Positions 1 to 8,690 of a DNA stretch of 47,714 bases are shown in pieces (position 1 is the first letter of the stretch; each line of letters opens with the position of its first letter). This stretch comes from Candidatus Hydrothermarchaeota archaeon (lineage in GTDB: Archaea; CAYFZR01), in assembly GCA_046760505.1 (NCBI GenBank), contig JBHIEG010000015.1, forward strand, positions 1-47,714, in the 5' to 3' direction. Below the pieces are notes generated by a model, which saw only the letters and a program-made list of their open reading frames with translations, made no database searches and was not told the DNA's origin. A program made the position numbers and the translations under genes.

Positions 1-35
1 TATCCAGTTTACTCTGCTCAGATTATCTTATCAGA

Positions 36-455
36 TTATCTTATCCGGTGCGGATATGACCTCTTAGCATCAATTATATGGGTAACCTCAATGCCTAATT
101 CAGTGAGTTTGTCAGAGATGTACCTTCTGTGGCAACGAAAGAAAAGAAGTTCAGCACACATGATCGCTACTCTTGAATCCTTAGCAAGATTTATCAGAGT
201 CTTGAGACCTTTTTTGAACTCTTCGGTTTTCATGTATTCTTTATATCCTCCTCTGTATCCGCCAAGTTCTTCTATGTGAAAATACTGAATTCTTTCCTTG
301 TTCAAAGCATCTTTTAAGTTTTCCTTTTTGAAGTGCTCGAATTTAGAAGTGGGAAATCTTCTAACATCAAGCACCTTGCCTATATCGTATGCCCTGAGAA
401 TTTCTATGAACTCATCAATGCTTCTTGTGCTCGTTCCTACCGTAAAAATTTCCAT
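36..455 (-). CDS. DUF488 family protein
   Basis: IFTVGTSTRS, DVRRFPTSK and MCAE..FFRCHR motifs typical of DUF488; start taken at the MEIF methionine. Confidence 0.85.
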   Translation of the reverse strand: MEIFTVGTSTRSIDEFIEILRAYDIGKVLDVRRFPTSKFEHFKKENLKDALNKERIQYFHIEELGGYRGGYKEYMKTEEFKKGLKTLINLAKDSRVAIMCAELLFFRCHRRYISDKLTELGIEVTHIIDAKRSYPHRIR

Positions 456-832
456 ACCTTGCATACACCTCTATCTAACCACTCGCACCTCTTGCATATG
501 CTTGGGAGTTTTGGAACTTTTTTTCTTGTCAATAAGAATAGTTCTTTAAGTTCCATTTCCGTATTTATAGGTAATTCAAGAAATCTGAGAATTTCCATGT
601 CTCCTTCTCTTATTTCTTCCTCTCTATCCACACCCTCTTTCATACACCTGTTATCCGAGATCCACGGGCAAATTGAGCACACTATATCGCACTGATCAAT
701 TACCCTAACCTTAAGATTTGGATTCAACTTTATAATGTTCATTATCTCTTTCATTGTTCTCGTGAATCTGGCGTCGTATCCCTTGCCCCTAAAACCCTGT
801 AAACAGAGCAGGTGATGAGCTCGCAACCTCAT
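437..832 (-). CDS. DUF1284 family protein (Cys/His-rich, putative metal-binding)
   Basis: LRAHHLLC..GFRGKGY, CDIVCSICP and C-terminal CKRCEW motifs. Confidence 0.85.
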   Translation of the reverse strand: MRLRAHHLLCLQGFRGKGYDARFTRTMKEIMNIIKLNPNLKVRVIDQCDIVCSICPWISDNRCMKEGVDREEEIREGDMEILRFLELPINTEMELKELFLLTRKKVPKLPSICKRCEWLDRGVCKVWKFLR

Positions 833-932
833 ACATTCAATAATATAGTGATCATTAAAATAAAGTGATCCTTGAAATGATCAATCCTTAAAATATCAAC
901 CTTTAAATATTCCAACCTGATGAAAAAAGACC

Positions 933-1331
933 ATGAAAGTTATGGTTATAGGAAGTCTGGCGAGCAAGAAGGACTTTGATAAAATAAAGTATTTCCAAAA
1001 AAAGATTTCAGAATTAAATTTTGAGATAATAAATCAGTTAGACTTAGACTATAGGGATATAGAAAATTTTTATGGTGAAAAAGATTTTGCAAAGCGCATA
1101 GTAATGCATGATATCTCAAAACTAATGGACTCAGATATTGTTATCGCTCTAGGGGAGATACCATCTTGGGGAACTTCCATGGAGATTTTAATTTCAAAAC
1201 TTCTTGGAAAGAAGGTTATATTCTTTGTTAAAGAGAATGTAAGATCTCCATGGCCTGTATATTTTTCCGATAAATTAGTTAGAGGCGAGAAAGAACTTTT
1301 TGAGTTCTTAACGAGTTTGAGGAGTAAGTAG
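933..1331 (+). CDS. Nucleoside 2-deoxyribosyltransferase-like (NDT/Rcl-like) protein
   Basis: D...L..SDIVIA and PSWGTSME signature. Confidence 0.7.
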   Translation: MKVMVIGSLASKKDFDKIKYFQKKISELNFEIINQLDLDYRDIENFYGEKDFAKRIVMHDISKLMDSDIVIALGEIPSWGTSMEILISKLLGKKVIFFVKENVRSPWPVYFSDKLVRGEKELFEFLTSLRSK

Positions 1332-1400
1332 TCCTCAAAGAGTAACCTACGGTAATAACCAACATCAAATGATCTAAGTTATATACTAAGAAATCTAATT

Positions 1401-1988
1401 ATGGTTATGCATGAAGCTTGGATTGGAGGCCTAGTGTTCTTAGTATTCTTCTCACTTCTATTAAAAGAGAGGATAAGAAAGGAAAAGTATAGTGAAGAAG
1501 GACTTAGAAAACATGACATAAACGTTCCAAAAGAATTATGGAAACACATATCCTCAGAAGAATTTCTGGAGAAGTACCCGAGACAGTTAACCAGCGGTAT
1601 CATGCATCTAGCCATTCTAAACGCTCAAAAAGAGGGGAGAGAAACGGTAACGGTAGAAGATATAGAGTTGAGCGGAAGAAGAATAAAAAATCTTGTCTCC
1701 CTAAATCTAGATTTAATACCATACAGACTGGAAAAAAAGGACATAGACATTGAAGACGCATTGAAATCCATTAAGAGTATAGAGATTCCTTATAAAGTTG
1801 CGAGAGAAATAAAGAAGTTATCAGAGAAGTATGGTCCAACAGCAGGAGATCTTACCTTCTTTGTATTGCTCTCAGCATACAATCGCGGAGACATAAAAGC
1901 AGATCTCTCAGATCTTAAGAAGGCGATTGATATCGAAAAAACACTACATAACACAGATCTCTCCTTCTTTGATGAATTAAAACCCTAG
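1401..1988 (+). CDS. Hypothetical membrane-anchored protein with two helical repeats (AAA+ lid-like or histone-fold-like)
   Basis: N-terminal hydrophobic helix WIGGLVFLVFFSLLL; repeats end in AQKEGRETVTVEDIE and AYNRGDIKADLSDLK. Confidence 0.55.
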   Translation: MVMHEAWIGGLVFLVFFSLLLKERIRKEKYSEEGLRKHDINVPKELWKHISSEEFLEKYPRQLTSGIMHLAILNAQKEGRETVTVEDIELSGRRIKNLVSLNLDLIPYRLEKKDIDIEDALKSIKSIEIPYKVAREIKKLSEKYGPTAGDLTFFVLLSAYNRGDIKADLSDLKKAIDIEKTLHNTDLSFFDELKP

Positions 1989-2019
1989 TAATTAAATATT
2001 ATGAGGGCAGAGTAAGATC

Positions 2020-2406
2020 ATGGATAGAGAATACGCGATTCCTGATGATCGCATCATTGAGAAGACCCTCATCGAGATTATGCGAAGGCACAAATTAATT
2101 GAGACTCAAAAAGAGCTTGGAAGACAAGTTAAAAAAATTATAAAGGAAAAGAATCCAAAATATAGAGTTAGCGAAGAAAGAATTAAGAAAATAGCAGCCT
2201 TAAGTCCAGAGATAGGAATAAGGGTTGAGATGAGAAGAAGCAAACGAAAGATTTTAAGGTGTCCCTGTTGCAAAGGTGAGTTAAAGGAGAGAGAAATCCC
2301 TAATCTCTTCGGTGGAACCTCTTCATTAAAGAAATGTGAGAGGTGCAATTTTGAGATCTTAAAGGATGATAAGGTTCCTAGAAAATACTCATTTATGATA
2401 AGGTGA
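2020..2406 (+). CDS. Archaeal hypothetical protein with C-terminal Zn ribbon
   Basis: CPCC...CERC; basic protein; GTGA overlap with the next gene. Confidence 0.65.
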   Translation: MDREYAIPDDRIIEKTLIEIMRRHKLIETQKELGRQVKKIIKEKNPKYRVSEERIKKIAALSPEIGIRVEMRRSKRKILRCPCCKGELKEREIPNLFGGTSSLKKCERCNFEILKDDKVPRKYSFMIR

Positions 2407-3020
2407 TTCCAATGTTTTCTCTTGAAGAAGGAGAAATGCTGATCTCAATAGCCAGAGAGGCTATGGAAACTTATGTGAGAGAAAGAAGAATCTTGAAACC
2501 GGAACGCGTGCCAGAGAAATTCTTGGAAAAAAGAGGTGTTTTCGTAACTATTGAAACATTTCCGGATTTTTCTCTAAGGGGCTGTATTGGCTATCCCGAG
2601 CCAGCTCTACCATTGATAAAAGCCCTCATCGATTCTGCGATAAATGCTTCAACTAGGGATCCGAGGTTTCCACCGGTTACCGAAAGAGAACTAGATAAGT
2701 TAGTAGTAGAGGTAAGTGTACTAACAAAACCGGAATTACTTGATTGTCCTCCAAATGAGTATGCGAATAATATAAAAATTGGAGAGCACGGTTTAATAGT
2801 GGAAAGAATTCCATATAGAGGACTTTTGTTGCCTCAGGTTCCTGTTGAATGGGAATGGAACGAGGAAGAGTTTCTGTCTCAAACTTGCATAAAGGCTGGT
2901 TTGCCATTGGATGCATGGCTTGATAGAGAGACAAAGATTTACAGGTTCAGCGCACAGATATTCACAGAAAAGAGTCCAAGGGGAGAAGTAGTTGAGAAAA
3001 CTCTGAAAGAGGGCTGTTAG
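2403..3020 (+). CDS. AMMECR1-family protein (AmmeMemoRadiSam protein A)
   Basis: GVFVT, LRGCIG, DPRFPP, GLLLPQV and C.KAG motifs. Confidence 0.95.
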   Translation: MIPMFSLEEGEMLISIAREAMETYVRERRILKPERVPEKFLEKRGVFVTIETFPDFSLRGCIGYPEPALPLIKALIDSAINASTRDPRFPPVTERELDKLVVEVSVLTKPELLDCPPNEYANNIKIGEHGLIVERIPYRGLLLPQVPVEWEWNEEEFLSQTCIKAGLPLDAWLDRETKIYRFSAQIFTEKSPRGEVVEKTLKEGC

Positions 3021-3269
3021 ATGTATCAATACCTGTGCAGAAGTTGTGGCTACACCATTTTAGCAGAAGATGAATTAGACTACAAATGTCCAGTATGCAG
3101 GAGCTCGATGATCTACACAGGACAGGAGAATGAGAAGGGAAGAAAATACGAGTGCCTCTCATGCGAGGCAGTGTTTTTTACAGATGAAAAAATAGAGCCC
3201 TACAAATGTGCAAGGTGTAATTTTTCCTTTACGGACTGGAAAAAAAGAAGAAAAGAAAAATATGTTTAG
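3021..3269 (+). CDS. Small double Zn-ribbon protein
   Basis: Four CxxC pairs (CRSC, CPVC, CLSC, CARC) in two similar halves; starts right after the AMMECR1 stop. Confidence 0.7.
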   Translation: MYQYLCRSCGYTILAEDELDYKCPVCRSSMIYTGQENEKGRKYECLSCEAVFFTDEKIEPYKCARCNFSFTDWKKRRKEKYV

Positions 3270-3426
3270 TTGGGATAAAATGAAAAGATCTACGGTTGGA
3301 AAGGCAATAACTGTATTTGGAATAATCTTGTTGGTGGGATCTCTAGGTATATGTCCTGAAAAAATCCTAAGCACAGCAGTATCCATATTGATACTCCTCG
3401 TGGGATTGTTGTTATGGAAGAAATAA
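3262..3426 (+). CDS. Small two-TM membrane protein (54 aa)
   Basis: ATG at 3262 overlaps the upstream gene end; two hydrophobic helices. Confidence 0.55.
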   Translation: MFSWDKMKRSTVGKAITVFGIILLVGSLGICPEKILSTAVSILILLVGLLLWKK

Positions 3427-3537
3427 GAAAATGGATTGTAATCTAAAGTTTTTTAATAGAATAACCATTTTAAAATAAAGAAAATATCTTGAAAAAGTAT
3501 TTTAAAAATAAGGAAGAGAGAAACTAGGGGAATTTAA

Positions 3538-4218
3538 ATGCGAAAATTCCGAAAAAAAACTCAAATAATCCATGCATTAGACGTTGATAATATTAAAAAC
3601 GCTTTTCGAATAGCAGAGAACATAAAAGAGTGCGTTGACGTTATCAAAATTTCTCATCCTCTCTTAATTCAAGAGGGATACCAGAGCATTCAAAGACTAA
3701 AAAACATTGGTCTTCCGATACTTTTAGACTTCAAGGTTGGGGACATTCCAGAGATGAGTAGAAGGATTATTATGAACTGTATTGATTACGGAGCCGATGG
3801 ATTTACAGTTCAAGGATTTTTGGGTCGAGATGTTATTAGAGAGTGTGTAGAAACTGCTAAAAAAGCTGATACGGCAATTTATGTGGTAGCAGAGATGTCT
3901 CATCCCGGAGCATCTGAGTTCTTACAGCCCGTATCAAACAAAATAGCTGAGATTTCGAGAGATCTGGGAGCAAGTGGTATCGTTGCTCCTGGAAACAGAC
4001 CTTCCCGGATTACTGAACTTCGAAAAATCGTAGGGGATGAGTTACAAATAATTTCTCCCGGAATTGGTCCGCAAGGTGGAGATGTGGGAGATGCAATACT
4101 CGCTGGAGCGGATTTTGAGATTGTGGGGAGAATGATATACACTGCTAAAAATCCTGCTGAAAAAGCACGTGAAATCCTTGATACTCTTAATAAAAGGTTA
4201 AAAAATGTAAATCGTTAA
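3538..4218 (+). CDS. pyrF: Orotidine-5'-phosphate decarboxylase
   Basis: ALD, DFKVGDIP, MSHPG, SPGIGPQGG and IVGR motifs. Confidence 0.95.
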   Translation: MRKFRKKTQIIHALDVDNIKNAFRIAENIKECVDVIKISHPLLIQEGYQSIQRLKNIGLPILLDFKVGDIPEMSRRIIMNCIDYGADGFTVQGFLGRDVIRECVETAKKADTAIYVVAEMSHPGASEFLQPVSNKIAEISRDLGASGIVAPGNRPSRITELRKIVGDELQIISPGIGPQGGDVGDAILAGADFEIVGRMIYTAKNPAEKAREILDTLNKRLKNVNR

Positions 4219-4796
4219 GAAAACAACTTACCCCCCATATATCTTCCTTTATCTTCGTAGAAAAATTCTATATCCCCCAAAACAGGTTCGAAGGCAATTT
4301 GGGCAATTGAAGCGCCTATTTCTATCTCCAAATCGAGGAAAGGTTTCAATCCAAATGTAAGTTTTCCACTCCAACCAGGATCTATGAGAGTATTGTATAG
4401 GCTTGCGCCTATTCTAAAGAGAGAAGAGCGCTCGTATACAAATGCCAAAATGAAATATTTTTCTCCTTTTAGTTCTACTTTTTCTTTTGGTAAATTGATT
4501 TTTTCTATAGTTCTTATCAGATAGTAGTTCTCCTTCTTTATCCTAATGGATTTTCCCTCCTCTAGAACTGATACTTCTTCAATGTAGGCTTCATCGCTCG
4601 CCTCTTTTAGAATCCAGCCCTTCTTTACGTATGGAGATTTTACTTCGTTTAATCTTATGGCTCCTCCAGCATCTAACTCGTATATTTCTCCTACGCGGAG
4701 ATCGATACCAGAGGGGTTGATGTTTTCTTTTTTATAGTTCTCCACTATATTGTACTTCGAGATCAGTTTTTCAATTTCCGCGTGAGAAATCTTCAT
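4215..4796 (-). CDS. Trimeric dUTPase / dCTP deaminase family protein
   Basis: GIDLRVG, RSSLFR.G, IDPGWSGKL and IAQ motifs. Confidence 0.85.
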   Translation of the reverse strand: MKISHAEIEKLISKYNIVENYKKENINPSGIDLRVGEIYELDAGGAIRLNEVKSPYVKKGWILKEASDEAYIEEVSVLEEGKSIRIKKENYYLIRTIEKINLPKEKVELKGEKYFILAFVYERSSLFRIGASLYNTLIDPGWSGKLTFGLKPFLDLEIEIGASIAQIAFEPVLGDIEFFYEDKGRYMGGKLFS

Positions 4797-4843
4797 TTTT
4801 CATCTCCTAATAAATTTAATAGAGTTAAAAGATAATGGGTCGT

Positions 4844-6046
4844 TCATTCCTCACTCTTTTTCTCTTTACCCTTCGGTAAAATTATTCTTTTTAGTTTACT
4901 TTCTTCCTCTTCTTCCTTCTTTTCTTCGGGAAATTCGAGATTCTTCACCGTTTCTATGCTATTTCCAATACCACAAGAATTTCCGACGCCAACAACGATT
5001 ATGTTTGATCCCTTTTCCTCCCTCATAATGATTTCCTTTACAGATGATAAAGAACTTTCGATTGAATCTGCAATCTGCTTAGACATTGGCTTTATTGCCT
5101 CTTCGGGACTCATTTTTATTATAACAGCATCTAGAGGAATGTTTTTCTTCGTTGCAACTTCCTCTATTTTTGCTTTTTCATGCATCCCCAATCCACCGAT
5201 TGCCACTCCTATGCCCTCGGCTACACTTCCGGATTTTTCCCCCTCAAGTTTTTGGGCAGCGTCTATGGTTACAATTCTCTTTATCTGGTAGTGAGATGTA
5301 AGAATTTCAACTGCTTCTCCCACCTTACCCAACCTTCCTCCAGGACCTTTTGGTTTAACGATAAATACGCTTCTACCATCTAAATCTCTTCTAGCAAGTA
5401 TTGTATCCTCTACTATCTCGGTAACGGTTGCATCCCCTATTAAATAAGTAGCCACCAAGGGACCTATTCCATCTCCTATAGGTCTTCCTTCTATCATTGC
5501 CTTTGTTCCTTCCAACTGACCCTTGGCTATCTTCATTATCATAGGTAGACTCATCTGTAAAACGAAGGCAAACTGCCAGTTACCCTGTTTCACCATCTCT
5601 ACATGGTGTCTAATAAATTTAGCAATGTTATAAAGGCTAACAGCACTCTTAAGTGACATAACTAAATTTGCTTTTGATTCAGTATCCATGTATGGGGCGA
5701 TTTCTTCAACTAATGATTTAAACTTGTGGTCAGTTATGTTGAACAAATGCTCAAATTTTTTCAGTATTCCAACTGGATCAAGGTCCACGGGCGGAATTAT
5801 GAAGAATTCCACGAATCTCCTAATCTTATTGCTTACGTCTATTTTTGATTTATCTTTTGTTAAATTAATCACCAGTTCTCTAGCCTCTTCTGCCATGTTT
5901 TCAAGTTTACTTGTGGATTCCTCCAGTTTTGATAGCAACCTTCTTGGATAGTAGAATATCCAAACAACAAATATGAGTAGAAATAAGATGTTCAGAACTC
6001 CCCAGAGACTTATATTTTTATCTATGAAAGATGAAATATCCATCAA
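4844..6046 (-). CDS. DUF1512 family membrane-anchored protein
   Basis: N-terminal TM, PVDLDPVG, PIGDGIGPLVA, IDAAQKLEGE, GVGNSCGI. Confidence 0.85.
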   Translation of the reverse strand: MMDISSFIDKNISLWGVLNILFLLIFVVWIFYYPRRLLSKLEESTSKLENMAEEARELVINLTKDKSKIDVSNKIRRFVEFFIIPPVDLDPVGILKKFEHLFNITDHKFKSLVEEIAPYMDTESKANLVMSLKSAVSLYNIAKFIRHHVEMVKQGNWQFAFVLQMSLPMIMKIAKGQLEGTKAMIEGRPIGDGIGPLVATYLIGDATVTEIVEDTILARRDLDGRSVFIVKPKGPGGRLGKVGEAVEILTSHYQIKRIVTIDAAQKLEGEKSGSVAEGIGVAIGGLGMHEKAKIEEVATKKNIPLDAVIIKMSPEEAIKPMSKQIADSIESSLSSVKEIIMREEKGSNIIVVGVGNSCGIGNSIETVKNLEFPEEKKEEEEESKLKRIILPKGKEKKSEE

Positions 6047-6618
6047 ATTCCTCCTCTAGCCAATATTACCTGTAATTTTTCGAAGAAAAATCCTTTCTCA
6101 TTCAGGATCTCCCATTCGAATCCATTTTCCTTTAACATACGAAATGTAGCATCAAATTTGTTCAGTGAGGAATGTACAAATAAAATCTTTCCACCTTTTT
6201 TTAAATGTTCTGGTGACTCCATTATGAACCTGTCGATCATTTCTCTACCTTTGTTTCCTCCTGTCCAAGAAACATGATCACATGTTCCAGAGGGTAAATA
6301 AGGAGGATTAAATATTATTAGATCAAATTTACCTTTTATAGGATCAAACAAATCTCCTACTAAGAATTTAACCTTATTTTTTGCATTAATTTTTGCGCAA
6401 TAAATTGCCCTCGGATTTATATCAGTTGCTATGATTTTTTCAGAAAATCTTGATGCAAAAACAGATATAATCCCGCAACCAGTGCCTATCTCCAATATTT
6501 TTGTTTTGGGACTGATTTCTAACTTTTCCAAGGAATCCACAATCATTAGGGAATCCTCTTGCGGCATATAAACGTCATCCCATACTTCAAATGTGATTCC
6601 CTTGTATGTAAATTTCAT
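6043..6618 (-). CDS. HemK2/N6AMT1-type methyltransferase (release factor Gln methyltransferase)
   Basis: VY.P.EDS, LEIGTGCG and FNPPY motifs. Confidence 0.9.
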   Translation of the reverse strand: MKFTYKGITFEVWDDVYMPQEDSLMIVDSLEKLEISPKTKILEIGTGCGIISVFASRFSEKIIATDINPRAIYCAKINAKNKVKFLVGDLFDPIKGKFDLIIFNPPYLPSGTCDHVSWTGGNKGREMIDRFIMESPEHLKKGGKILFVHSSLNKFDATFRMLKENGFEWEILNEKGFFFEKLQVILARGGI

Positions 6619-7433
6619 GAGATCCTCTCAGCAAGTGTGTTGGACAAGTTAACTATTTCTCTTGGAGTTAGTTGGAAAGGTCTTTTTTTCTGCAATTCAA
6701 TATCAATGTCACTTAAAAAATCCTTAACTTCGTTTTTTGAGATTTTCAGTTCGTGATATGAATCGATCAACGCATTTTTTAGTGTTTTTTTCTTGTGTTG
6801 AAATATTGCCCTCAAGAAATCATCGAAAAATGCCTTGTTTTTGATATCAAATTTTTTTGATGGAATAATTCTAACTAACGCTGAATGAATCTTAGGTCTC
6901 GGGAAAAATGACCATGGCGGGACCGTGCGTAGATACTCCACATCTGCCTTTACCTGTACGGATACGCTAAGCCTTGAGTAGTTTCTGCTTCCATGGATGC
7001 TCATCATTCTTTCAGCGAACTCTCTTTGATACATCAAAACAGAGAGATCGAAGTTTTTATCCAATAAAAGAAAGGTTAGCTGGGATGAAATTGAATAAGG
7101 TAGATTGGATACACACTTCGTAAATCTAGGAATCTCCACGCTTAGAACGTCCCCTTTTATGAGTTCAAAATTATTTGAGGATATCTCGTTTTTCAATAGG
7201 GGAATCAGCCTCTCGTCTGATTCGATTGCGATTACCTTTCCTGCTTTTTCACACAATTTTTTTGTCAGAAATCCCAAGCCCGGACCAATCTCCAGGACTA
7301 GATCTTTTTTGCTTAGATTGGCGAACTCTACTTGCTCGTTTATTATGGACTCGTCTATCAAGAAGTGTTGATCCAAAAAATGTGATGGTTTTAGGTTATA
7401 CTCTCTTAAAAGTCTGAAAAGTTCATTTTTCAT
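6615..7433 (-). CDS. rsmA: 16S rRNA adenine dimethyltransferase KsgA/Dim1
   Basis: QHFL, LEIGPGLG, SNLPYSISS, MYQREFAER, F.P.PK..S. Confidence 0.95.
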   Translation of the reverse strand: MKNELFRLLREYNLKPSHFLDQHFLIDESIINEQVEFANLSKKDLVLEIGPGLGFLTKKLCEKAGKVIAIESDERLIPLLKNEISSNNFELIKGDVLSVEIPRFTKCVSNLPYSISSQLTFLLLDKNFDLSVLMYQREFAERMMSIHGSRNYSRLSVSVQVKADVEYLRTVPPWSFFPRPKIHSALVRIIPSKKFDIKNKAFFDDFLRAIFQHKKKTLKNALIDSYHELKISKNEVKDFLSDIDIELQKKRPFQLTPREIVNLSNTLAERIS

Positions 7434-7435
7434 TC

Positions 7436-8047
7436 TCATTCACTGATCTTCTTGGGAAGGCGAGTAACACCCACAAAGAGCCTGTATTTTCCACGTTTTA
7501 CCCTTGGTGAATCTTCTTCACTCAACTCAGTTATTATTCTCTTTGCAAGCACTTTTTTTGGGTCCGGTATCTTTATTCTTTCAGATATATCGGAGAAACT
7601 CTTGAAAGGTTCCTTCTTTCTCTCATTCAGTATTAGCCACATAAGCTTCTTTCCAATGCCCGGTAGCAATTCTAGTTGATGTAATCTTGTTGTTATGGGT
7701 CCAGCATCGTTGAAAAATTCAACGAATTTTTCTTCTTGTTCTGCTATCAAATTCTCTATGATGAATTGTAATTCCCCTTTCGCTGGGGCAGTAAGATCTT
7801 CGTACTTTATTCTTCTCTTCACATATTCTATTTCATCTCTTTTTCCCTTACCAATGTAAACCTTATCATAAGGCTTTAGTTCAACACCTTTTTTCGGAAC
7901 CAATTCCAGCAGGACAAATGTGGACATTCCTATGCACTGCACAATAGGCTCTCTTTGATGAGGAGGTCTAGGATCGTCAGATCTGCCCTTAGGTAAGGAG
8001 TCAAGAACAATAACGTATTCCTCTCTTGTCAAAGACACCACACCCAA
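7436..8047 (-). CDS. DUF655 family putative RNA-binding protein
   Basis: RLHQLELLPGIGKK HhH-like motif; conserved position between rpoF and ksgA. Confidence 0.9.
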   Translation of the reverse strand: MGVVSLTREEYVIVLDSLPKGRSDDPRPPHQREPIVQCIGMSTFVLLELVPKKGVELKPYDKVYIGKGKRDEIEYVKRRIKYEDLTAPAKGELQFIIENLIAEQEEKFVEFFNDAGPITTRLHQLELLPGIGKKLMWLILNERKKEPFKSFSDISERIKIPDPKKVLAKRIITELSEEDSPRVKRGKYRLFVGVTRLPKKISE

Positions 8048-8053
8048 AAAGAG

Positions 8054-8392
8054 CTACCTATAATTTGCAATCTTTTCCATTATAGTCTTAATTTGCTCTT
8101 CTCCTATATTGAATTTTTCCTTGGCAAAAATCGTTCTCAAATCATCTTCATCTTCAGGAAGAAGATCAGCTATTTTGATGGCAATTTCTTTTTTTAGACC
8201 CAATTCCTCTTCCAGTTCCTTAATTAACTTTTTTGATGATTCTATGTCTAATTTAGTAAATTTATTCACGTAATCAAGAATAAGTCTCTGCTCGTATTTT
8301 AACTCCCCTTTTTCCTTTTCTCTCTCGATAATTAATTCCTTTACTTGTGAAAGTGATACAGGTACCTGATTTATTATCCCCTTTCCTATCAT
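8054..8392 (-). CDS. rpoF: DNA-directed RNA polymerase subunit F (Rpo4)
   Basis: L.YEQ..., KIADLLP...DDLRTIFAKE. Confidence 0.92.
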   Translation of the reverse strand: MIGKGIINQVPVSLSQVKELIIEREKEKGELKYEQRLILDYVNKFTKLDIESSKKLIKELEEELGLKKEIAIKIADLLPEDEDDLRTIFAKEKFNIGEEQIKTIMEKIANYR

Positions 8393-8393
8393 C

Positions 8394-8690
8394 TCAACCA
8401 CGCTGAGGTTTTAGGTGTTCGGGACCTACAATAATTTTTTTCATCATTTTTCCGTCTCTAATCTCAACTAAATAGGCTCTTCCTTGGTTTCCCAATACTT
8501 TACCGGTCTTTCCATGGAATCTGGGGTGAGGCTGCCCTTTATGGATACCGGGATCGATTACCACGTGAACTCTCTCTCCAACATCGAATGACTGGATTAC
8601 CTTGCTTATTGGGGTTAATCCTTTTTTTCTCACGTGCTTTCTCAACTTCTTTCTTGTTTTACTTCTGAATCCTTTCGATCTCTCCACCAT
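8394..8690 (-). CDS. rpl21e: 50S ribosomal protein L21e
   Basis: SKGFRSKTR, HKGQPHPRFHGKTG, PEHLKP. Confidence 0.97.
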   Translation of the reverse strand: MVERSKGFRSKTRKKLRKHVRKKGLTPISKVIQSFDVGERVHVVIDPGIHKGQPHPRFHGKTGKVLGNQGRAYLVEIRDGKMMKKIIVGPEHLKPQRG

